64,000 nucleotides of DNA from Flavobacteriales bacterium (lineage in GTDB: Bacteria > Bacteroidota > Bacteroidia > NS11-12g > UBA9320), in the NCBI GenBank assembly GCA_020635355.1, contig JACJZW010000012.1, positions 40,836-104,835 of the forward strand, written 5' to 3'. How positions within the stretch are numbered: the first letter of the stretch is position 1; every line of letters begins with the position of its first letter. A program made the position numbers and the translations under genes. The notes beneath the pieces are model-generated. The model saw only the letters and a list, made by a program, of their open reading frames with translations. It was not told where the DNA came from and did no database searches. Shown in pieces: positions 47,404 to 55,227 of this stretch.

Positions 47404-49440
47404 ATGAAAAAAACAAGAACAGTATTAGGAGTATTATTTCTGCTAAGTACTTACCTCTCGTCAAATGCGCAGCAAAAGTCTTTAGATGGCTTTACACCTG
47501 GGCTTCCGGGACATTCGGTAACCATTTATACGGGTCCATCATTTCCAATTGGTAAGTTCAGAGAGTTTGCGAAGTTGGGCCTTAATCTTGGTGTCTCCGC
47601 TGATTATGCCCAGTCTGCACATTTTGGCTGGGGGCTAGACATTAACCGCCAAATCAATTCGTTTAAATGGCCAAATTCCTACCTCAATCTTCCCGAGACG
47701 GGAACAGGACCCAATTATACAATTACTGCGGTTCAAAGTAGAAGCGGTTGGGCAACCACCACCTTGGGTATTGGACCGTGGTGGCGATTTACACCATCTG
47801 CGTCTTCATCGTTTTCCTATACTCTTTATACTAAAGCTGGGGTAAGCACGGTAAAATCACCAAGTGCGTCATCTACCTTAAATTATGTCAACATTCAATC
47901 CGGATTGTTATTTAATATGCCAGCACAACGCAAGACCGCATTTGGAGTAACAACGGGAGCACGGTTCTATTTTGGTGTGGGTCAAAATCTGAATTTCTTT
48001 ATCAACCCACAGTATGTCTATACGTCTGCCAAGATAATCTATGAGTATCGAGATCTCACAAATGCATATCCCAGAGGTTCGTTTAATGCGGGATTGGCTT
48101 TGGAGTCACCGATGGTGGAGGAGTATGTTACTCCAAATTATTTCAACCTCAATGTTGGTTTAACCTATACGCCTAAGGCCAAAAATCGAAAACCAGCAGC
48201 ACTCGTGCTGAAGTATCCAGAAAACGGTGCCGTATATCAGGCGGGAAAGCCGTTTAAACACTTTAAGTGGAAACATGTGAATCCCCAACCTGGTGTTCCG
48301 GCCATGTACAAAGTAGTGGTGACCTCATTATCCCGAAATCCTCAATCGTTTACCGCCTACACATCCAGCTCTCAGGTTTCGTTTGAAGAAGTTTTTAAAG
48401 GAGCAAAGATGGACGGGAAATATACCTGGACGGTTACCGAGGTTAATTCGGGGTTGAAGTCAACACCATTCACGCTTAAGACAATTCAATCAGGTTTGGA
48501 TATTCAACTTCAGAACATTTCATGTGTGGATCCGGCTTTCGATAACCAGGGAAAGGTGCATTACACCGGACAAGTGCTGCTGAGCAATTCTGCCAACAAT
48601 ACCGGTGCGATCACCATAGAAAACACCCCGTTTATTCTTCAGAATCTGGATGGGACGTCACCGGTGAATGCCACTTTTGTTGCTTGTCCAGGTACAGGAA
48701 CCGTGTATCAACCCGGTGTGTTGAACCCCAATACTTCAGTTACCGCTTGCATCGCTTTCACTCGTCCAATAGGTGCGTCACAAGCATTGGTGGAAGTGAT
48801 GTATCACAATAATAATGCACCGGCAATCAGCATGAATGAAGTGTCTTTGGATAGTTTGCCCAACTGCGTATGCACCATGTGTGATGATTGGAAGATTGAT
48901 GTGACAAAGGCTCAGGTTTCTGCTATCGCGAGTGATCGGGCAAATGCCTCCATTACCCAGGATATCACCATCTCAGGTTCGTCCAATATTAAAAAGTTGA
49001 AAGCCGAAATCATTTATATGAACCAGGACGTAAATTATCCTGATTGCTACACATGTACCAAACATGATGATCAGATGGGGCTTTTCAGCCGGTTTGGCAA
49101 TTCAGGAATGATAACCACTCAATCATCCAAATGGCAAAACGATGGCATGGGCGAGTTGTTTGACGAGAATCAGGATGACTATGGCAACAGCTTTACATGG
49201 TGTGCAAGTGATCCGGATGGGGTAGATTTTTCTTCAAGTCAACGGCTCAAGCTGCTCATAAATCTACCTGGAATCCGGGGTTTGGATTGTTGCACCGGCA
49301 CGTACACCGTGTGTGTGCGATACACCTTCACAGATGTCCAATGCAAGTCATGTTCCTATGTGCGATGCTACTCACTGAAGTCCGATCTTAAGTCAGGTGA
49401 GGTATCCGAAACATCCGAGGATCAAACTCCAAAGAACTAG
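47404..49440 (+). CDS. secreted protein: N-terminal OMP-like beta-barrel region, Ig-like middle, Cys-rich C-terminal module
   Basis: Signal peptide (LFLLSTYLSSNAQQ). Roughly aa 30-255 show amphipathic strands ending in aromatics (FGVTTGARFYFGV, NFFINPQYVYT, YFNLNVGLTYTP). The C-terminal module carries NYPDCYTC and CC-x6-C-x9-C-x2-C-x4-C. Confidence 0.5.
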   Translation: MKKTRTVLGVLFLLSTYLSSNAQQKSLDGFTPGLPGHSVTIYTGPSFPIGKFREFAKLGLNLGVSADYAQSAHFGWGLDINRQINSFKWPNSYLNLPETGTGPNYTITAVQSRSGWATTTLGIGPWWRFTPSASSSFSYTLYTKAGVSTVKSPSASSTLNYVNIQSGLLFNMPAQRKTAFGVTTGARFYFGVGQNLNFFINPQYVYTSAKIIYEYRDLTNAYPRGSFNAGLALESPMVEEYVTPNYFNLNVGLTYTPKAKNRKPAALVLKYPENGAVYQAGKPFKHFKWKHVNPQPGVPAMYKVVVTSLSRNPQSFTAYTSSSQVSFEEVFKGAKMDGKYTWTVTEVNSGLKSTPFTLKTIQSGLDIQLQNISCVDPAFDNQGKVHYTGQVLLSNSANNTGAITIENTPFILQNLDGTSPVNATFVACPGTGTVYQPGVLNPNTSVTACIAFTRPIGASQALVEVMYHNNNAPAISMNEVSLDSLPNCVCTMCDDWKIDVTKAQVSAIASDRANASITQDITISGSSNIKKLKAEIIYMNQDVNYPDCYTCTKHDDQMGLFSRFGNSGMITTQSSKWQNDGMGELFDENQDDYGNSFTWCASDPDGVDFSSSQRLKLLINLPGIRGLDCCTGTYTVCVRYTFTDVQCKSCSYVRCYSLKSDLKSGEVSETSEDQTPKN

Positions 49441-49463
49441 TTAACCAATTAAGCAATTACAAA

Positions 49464-51074
49464 ATGAAACATACATACATCAAGCACGGAGTTTTAAGAA
49501 GACTACCGTTGTTAATCGGATATATTCTGTTGAATGCAGGTTTTACCCAAGCAAAGTGTTACCAGGAAGCTGCGAGTTGTGATACCATCGAAAATTTTGA
49601 ATCCTATCAAGGAAATCAACCCGGGAGTTGGACTGGCATCAATCACAGCGGAATCCGAACGGTCAAGCGGAATGGGAGCACCGCATTAAATGCAGTTGAT
49701 GGAAGCGGAGCGTCATGGTTATACAACAATCAGATTTTTCCTAAAAATCTGGTTGCTGACCGACGCTGTGAATTTCGATATGATGTGGAATACATTGCGG
49801 GCAGTTCCAATAGCCTCACGACCTCCAGAAGTATTACCATTTACAACGGTCCGGACCCTGCTAATTCCAGTTTTAAAGCGAGTTTTGTGCTCAATACGGC
49901 CAATCAGGTTGTTTCAGGTAGCGGACCTCATACCATAGTAGTGCCACTTGAACTTGCAGATGAGACCACATTGACCCTACCTTCTAATTCATTCGGATCA
50001 TGGTACATCTCGCCCGGCGGAACATACACGCTGACCCAAATTCAGGCATTTAACAGTTGTATACAGAACACCACCGGACTGGCATTCTTTCTGGATGAAG
50101 GGGCCAATCCAGCAGAACAATGGTGGTTTGATAATTTTACCATTTGCACGTGTGAGGCACCATGTTCGGCTAGCACCTGCTGCCAGACCAATCTTGATAT
50201 TTACAATGCTGCCGGGACTCCCAACCCACTTCCAATCACCCAAACCGTTGTGAATGGTACCGTCGTGTCCATGGCTCAGGAAACTTACGTCGTGCATAAG
50301 GATGCCGTAATGCCAATAACGGAAATGCGTGTGGTTGTCACCGACATCCAATTCGTAACGAACTATGAAGGGTGTGTTCAATGTATGAACCAACCCCTTC
50401 AATGGGGCACATTAATGGGAGGCAATAAGGTAATTGGGGAAAAAGGTCTTTACCTTCAGGAATCAGTCCCCAATACAGGTAATAGCGGGCAATCCGATGG
50501 TAACTTCAGGGAAGTTGCTTGGTCTAGTTCCAGAGGAGCTATGCTCCAATCAGGGGATCAAGTTGAGGTGCGATATATCTTACCTCCGGCATCGGATATT
50601 CCGTGTTGCGCAACATCCGTGAAGATTTGTTCTAAAATCGTCTGGAAAGATGCCAATTGTAACATGTGCGAGGTGCCTACTTGTTCTGTGATTGATCTTT
50701 CTACGAAGGATGTCGGGGAATCCTGTGATTGTAAAGACGGGACCAAATTTGTTTTCGTTCGCGGATTGAATAATTCCACTCCAACGGGCAGCCGGATTAT
50801 AAACTGCGGATCTACCATTTCAGGTAAAATGAAAGGTGGAAGCCTCACCTTTACAGGACCGGTCGTGAGTTGTTCTCCAGCCAATTGTAGTGCTCATTAT
50901 AAATGGGAAATACTAAAGGATGGGAAGGTGCAGCAATCTGGAACAGGTAGGAATTTTAGTTACGACTTCAAAGGACTCTCAAGGCGAAGTGAAAAGTACA
51001 CCATTCGGTTTTCACCTGATTGCGGTGGAAAGAATTGTTCGGCTTGTGAAATCAATTTGAATCTATCGCGATAA
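49464..51074 (+). CDS. secreted Cys-rich protein sharing a module with the preceding gene product
   Basis: Signal peptide (LPLLIGYILLNAGFTQA). It carries NYEGCVQC, then IPCCATSVKICSKIVWKDANCNMCEVPTC with the same Cys spacing as the upstream protein. More Cys pairs follow at the C-terminus. Confidence 0.5.
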   Translation: MKHTYIKHGVLRRLPLLIGYILLNAGFTQAKCYQEAASCDTIENFESYQGNQPGSWTGINHSGIRTVKRNGSTALNAVDGSGASWLYNNQIFPKNLVADRRCEFRYDVEYIAGSSNSLTTSRSITIYNGPDPANSSFKASFVLNTANQVVSGSGPHTIVVPLELADETTLTLPSNSFGSWYISPGGTYTLTQIQAFNSCIQNTTGLAFFLDEGANPAEQWWFDNFTICTCEAPCSASTCCQTNLDIYNAAGTPNPLPITQTVVNGTVVSMAQETYVVHKDAVMPITEMRVVVTDIQFVTNYEGCVQCMNQPLQWGTLMGGNKVIGEKGLYLQESVPNTGNSGQSDGNFREVAWSSSRGAMLQSGDQVEVRYILPPASDIPCCATSVKICSKIVWKDANCNMCEVPTCSVIDLSTKDVGESCDCKDGTKFVFVRGLNNSTPTGSRIINCGSTISGKMKGGSLTFTGPVVSCSPANCSAHYKWEILKDGKVQQSGTGRNFSYDFKGLSRRSEKYTIRFSPDCGGKNCSACEINLNLSR

Positions 51075-51113
51075 CCCGATCAAGAGCAGCTTTCCAATTA
51101 TTGGGTGAAGATC

Positions 51114-51150
51114 ATAAAAAATCCCTTCAACGGAGTTGAAGGGATTTTAT
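51114..51150. terminator. bidirectional rho-independent terminator between convergent genes
   Basis: AATCCCTTCAA-cggag-TTGAAGGGATT is an 11-bp perfect stem, flanked by an A-run upstream and a T-run downstream. Confidence 0.8.
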
Positions 51151-51199
51151 CGTTATAGGGTTAAAGGCTAATAATTCCGTTGGGAGAAACTCTTCATTA

Positions 51200-52357
51200 T
51201 TACAGCGTTCCCCGCTTGGCTTGTTCAGCTTCGATGGATTCGAACAAGGCCTGGAAGTTTCCTTTCCCGAAGGACTGCGCGCCTTTTCGTTGGATGATTT
51301 CAAAGAAGAGGGTTGGTCTATCCGTAAGGGGTTTGGTGAAGATCTGTAGGAGATAGCCTTCGTCGTCCCGGTCCACCATAATACCATGTTTTTTAAGCAA
51401 TTCGAGGTCTTCGGCTATTTCGCCCACCCGGTCGGCTACGGTGTCATAATACGTACCCGGAACATACAGAAACTCAATTCCTCGTTTGTTCATCTCACTC
51501 ACGGTAAAGACAATATCATCGGTTGCAACGGCGATGTGCTGACAACCGGGGCCGTTATAAAAGTCCAGGAACTCCTCCACCTGAGATTTCTTAATGCCTT
51601 CTGCCGGTTCATTAATCGGGAATTTAATCCGACCATTTCCATTCGTCATCACCTTGCTCATCAATGCGGTGTATTGAGTTGAAATGTCCTTATCATCAAA
51701 TGTGATCAAATTGGCAAAACCCATTGTTTCAGCGTAGAACTTGGCCCACACATTCATCTCGCCCCAGCCCACATTGCCCACCATGTGGTCAATGTATTTT
51801 AATCCGCATGAAGTGGGATTGTAATGGGAGTTCCACTTTTCGAATTGAGGAAGAAAGACACCGTTATAGTTTTTGCGTTCAACAAAGACGTGTATAGTAT
51901 CTCCATATGTCCGGATGGCGGAGCGAACAACGGTTCCGTCGTTGTCGGATTCCTCATACGGCTCAAAGTATGAATCCGCTCTCCTGCGGGTAGTTTCTTC
52001 CCATGCTTTCCGGGCATCATCAACCCAAAGGGCAATGGTTCTGACCCCATCTCCATGTTTGCTGATGTGCTTGGCAACTTCACTTTCCCTGCCATCGGGC
52101 ATTGGAGTGGTAAACACTAATTTGATCTTATCCTGAACCACTACGTAGGATGTGCGGTCACGCAATCCTGTTTCCAATCCGGCGTATGCCAAAGACTGAA
52201 AGCCCAGGGCTGTCTTGTAAAAGTGTGCAGCTTGTTTGGCATTGCCAACATAATATTCAACGTAATCTGTCCCAAGAATGGGTAGGAAGTCGTCGGCTTC
52301 GGGGAAGATTTTTTCTAATCCGTAATTGAAGTTTTGTACGGTTTTCAAGTCTTTCAT
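51200..52357 (-). CDS. hppD: 4-hydroxyphenylpyruvate dioxygenase
   Basis: 385 aa. The two-barrel VOC architecture, GTDYVEYYVGNAKQAAHFY, the QHIAV metal ligand context and a C-terminal FFEIIQRKG...GNFQALFESIE motif. Confidence 0.9.
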   Translation of the reverse strand: MKDLKTVQNFNYGLEKIFPEADDFLPILGTDYVEYYVGNAKQAAHFYKTALGFQSLAYAGLETGLRDRTSYVVVQDKIKLVFTTPMPDGRESEVAKHISKHGDGVRTIALWVDDARKAWEETTRRRADSYFEPYEESDNDGTVVRSAIRTYGDTIHVFVERKNYNGVFLPQFEKWNSHYNPTSCGLKYIDHMVGNVGWGEMNVWAKFYAETMGFANLITFDDKDISTQYTALMSKVMTNGNGRIKFPINEPAEGIKKSQVEEFLDFYNGPGCQHIAVATDDIVFTVSEMNKRGIEFLYVPGTYYDTVADRVGEIAEDLELLKKHGIMVDRDDEGYLLQIFTKPLTDRPTLFFEIIQRKGAQSFGKGNFQALFESIEAEQAKRGTL

Positions 52358-52368
52358 AGCTGATATAA

Positions 52369-53538
52369 TTAAGCGGGGGTCATTTGCGCCCAGGATTGAT
52401 AATACGAATTGACTTCTAGTTTGAGGGCCTCCTCGGTGATGGATACCGGATTAAATGGATCAATCATAACGGCCAGTTCTCCGGTTTCTTTTTGACCGAT
52501 ACTTCGTTCAATGGCGCCCGGGTGAGGTCCGTGGGGAATGCCACCTGGATGCAGAGTGATTTGTCCTTTTTGTATGTTATTTCGGCTCATAAAATCGCCA
52601 TCAACGTAATACAGAAGCTCATCGGCATCTACGTTACTATGGTGATAAGGAGCGGGAATGGCATCTGGATGGTAGTCGTACAAGCGTGGAACAAAGGAGC
52701 AGATCACGAAGTTGTTGCCTTCAAATTGTTGATGAATTGGCGGAGGCATGTGAATCCGACCCGTTAGTGGTTCAAAGTCGAATATGGAGATCGCATACGG
52801 ATAGTTGAAGCCATCCCATCCAACTACATCAAACGGATGATTCTCATAAATATAGGAATACATGATTCCCTTCTTTTTGATGTATATTTTGAATTCCCCT
52901 AATTCATCATGAGTTTCAAGGTTTTGGGGAAGTTTGAAGTCCCGTTCGCAGAAAGGGGAGTGTTCCAGCATCTGCCCAAAGTGGTTGCGATAACGTTTGG
53001 GTGTTAGTATGGGACTGAAGCTCTCCACCAGAAGCAATCGGTTTTGAGTGGTGTCAAAGTCGATTTGATAAATGGTTCCACGCGGAATAATGAGGTAATC
53101 CCCGTATTCAAAGCGAAGACTCCCGTACATGGTTTTAAGCATTCCGGATCCTTCGTGAACGAAGATCATTTCATCTGCATCCGCGTTTTTGAAGAAATAG
53201 TCGGAAGAAAATGATTCCGGAGCAGCGAGGCCGATGTGCATGTCGTTGTTGACGAATAGAGTCTTTCGACTTTTAAGGTAATCGGCTTCTCGTGGTAGGT
53301 CAAACCCTTTGAAACTCATGGCGCGCATATTGTCCTCCAGCGCAACTTTTGGACGAACATTTACCGGTTCATCGAATTGTTTTACGCAGGTTGGAGGGTA
53401 GTGGTGATAGAGCAGGGACGACATACCTGCGAAACCAGCCGTGCCAAAAAGTTCTTCCTGAAAAAGGCTTCCATCTTTTTTTCGGAAGGTGGTGTGTCGT
53501 TTATGGGGGATCTTGCCGAGTGCGTGATATCTGGGCAT
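52369..53538 (-). CDS. hmgA: homogentisate 1,2-dioxygenase
   Basis: The ATG at 53538 gives MPRYHALGKIPHKRHTTF. Cupin core with HHSNVDADELLYYVDG and LHPGGIPHGPHPG motifs. Confidence 0.9.
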   Translation of the reverse strand: MPRYHALGKIPHKRHTTFRKKDGSLFQEELFGTAGFAGMSSLLYHHYPPTCVKQFDEPVNVRPKVALEDNMRAMSFKGFDLPREADYLKSRKTLFVNNDMHIGLAAPESFSSDYFFKNADADEMIFVHEGSGMLKTMYGSLRFEYGDYLIIPRGTIYQIDFDTTQNRLLLVESFSPILTPKRYRNHFGQMLEHSPFCERDFKLPQNLETHDELGEFKIYIKKKGIMYSYIYENHPFDVVGWDGFNYPYAISIFDFEPLTGRIHMPPPIHQQFEGNNFVICSFVPRLYDYHPDAIPAPYHHSNVDADELLYYVDGDFMSRNNIQKGQITLHPGGIPHGPHPGAIERSIGQKETGELAVMIDPFNPVSITEEALKLEVNSYYQSWAQMTPA

Positions 53539-53728
53539 TGCAGCGTCTTTTTGTTCGAGGTTGATGTACGCGTGCAAAGGAAGTCCGGTGGCTACTCAAA
53601 AAAGATGATGAGGTGTTCGGCAGAATATGATTTTGGTCAGGACAATCGAACGAATGATAGATCCCGATGTTCATGAACATCGATTCACTCAATTGAATGG
53701 AAATGGTTCGACTCCGATATATGAACGT

Positions 53729-55114
53729 CTATTTCAAGACGTGCACTACACCCGAGAAATGATTTTGCCGTCCACTGATGTTCGCGGGGTAGCCAAGTTC
53801 AATCGTATAAAAATAAACTCCCATGGGTACCCAGTTGCCTCGATACCAACCCGTCCATTTTTCATTTATGTCAAACGTCTCAAAGAGCTTTTCCCCCCAA
53901 CGATTGTACAGGCACAGGTGATAGCTGGTGATTTCACAATTGGTGATGGGATAAAAGCTTTGATTGAGATTATCGTGATTTAATGTGAAGGCATTTGGGA
54001 TGAATACCTGGCACAAGCAATTTTGTGTGTGTACATAAACGGAATCAGTCTTGGTGCATCCATTGTTAAGTGATGCTGTGACATAATAAGTCGTTGGCTG
54101 CGAAGGTGTTGTAGTTGGGCTCGCAGAAGATGGATCTGAAAGTTGATCTTCAGGCCACCACACATACGATTCGGAACCTGTGGCTTTGAGCTGAACCTCG
54201 TCACCTAGACAAATATCTATGATATGTTCTTCTACCTTCAGATTCGGTAATGTAAGCACCTGTACATCAAAGGTGTCCGTGTGCTCACAAAGCGTGTCAT
54301 CTGTATAGGTGTGGATATACCGGATCGAGGAGTCCGGAGAACTGATCGCAAGCGAAGGCGTATCGAACGTTAACCAACGCTGCGTATTCCATTCATGGTT
54401 GGAGCCGCCTGGTTCAATTGGAAATTGAATGGAGTCACCGCGGCAAACGGAAAACGTTTCGTGTTGGCTTTGAATACAGGGTTCCGGTATGGTGACACAC
54501 CTCAATTGAACATCATCAATCCCGAAGTCATTCCCACCACTTTCAACAGCAAAATTCACAATGTAAAAGCCCACTGTATCGGTTACTGGTGCTGTATAGC
54601 TTCCGGTATATTGAGTCCACGGGGTAAGTTTACCAATTCGGCCTGTTGAAAGGATGATAGGGCCGGTAGCACTATCTGTCCTGATTTCAAAGAACGATGT
54701 TGCCCCTGAATATTTGCCATTCACATTGGCGTTAATGAACCAAACGGAGAATTCGTAAATACCATCTTTAATCACTTGTACGGATTGATGCCAAACCACC
54801 ACGGTATCGGTAGAGCCATCGCCCATCAGAACATTTGTTCCGCCACCTGGAGTATGATCCGAAACGCCGCCCCAGTATCCACCATTCCAAGGTTTACCGG
54901 TCTCATCAATGAAGATCCATCCGGGGCCTTCAACCCTTGGGACACAATCCAATTTCATGTCCGACTGAAATCCCACTGTTCTGCAGTTAACGGAATCAGT
55001 TTGCTTGAAGTCACCGTTCACAAACAAGTTGTTGCAATCGGGTTGGGCCTTAACCACACTGATTGAACAACACAGAAGTACTGTGATTAAATGTTTGAGA
55101 TGGCGGAGGTTCAT
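53729..55114 (-). CDS. T9SS type B (gliding motility-associated) C-terminal domain protein
   Basis: Signal peptide and a CBM-like N-terminal domain. The C-terminus reads VFIPNAFTLNHDNLNQSFYPI...LYNRWGEKLFET...GVYFYTIEL...FSGVVHVLK. Confidence 0.75.
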   Translation of the reverse strand: MNLRHLKHLITVLLCCSISVVKAQPDCNNLFVNGDFKQTDSVNCRTVGFQSDMKLDCVPRVEGPGWIFIDETGKPWNGGYWGGVSDHTPGGGTNVLMGDGSTDTVVVWHQSVQVIKDGIYEFSVWFINANVNGKYSGATSFFEIRTDSATGPIILSTGRIGKLTPWTQYTGSYTAPVTDTVGFYIVNFAVESGGNDFGIDDVQLRCVTIPEPCIQSQHETFSVCRGDSIQFPIEPGGSNHEWNTQRWLTFDTPSLAISSPDSSIRYIHTYTDDTLCEHTDTFDVQVLTLPNLKVEEHIIDICLGDEVQLKATGSESYVWWPEDQLSDPSSASPTTTPSQPTTYYVTASLNNGCTKTDSVYVHTQNCLCQVFIPNAFTLNHDNLNQSFYPITNCEITSYHLCLYNRWGEKLFETFDINEKWTGWYRGNWVPMGVYFYTIELGYPANISGRQNHFSGVVHVLK

Positions 55115-55227
55115 GAAATTTGGTTATATAGAAGAAGTCCGTTAGGACGGAATGGTTGCTTCATTATAATGATTTGTAAAGATTCTTTCGGATTGCAAGG
55201 CTAAGAGCGGGAGGTGATACAAACCAG

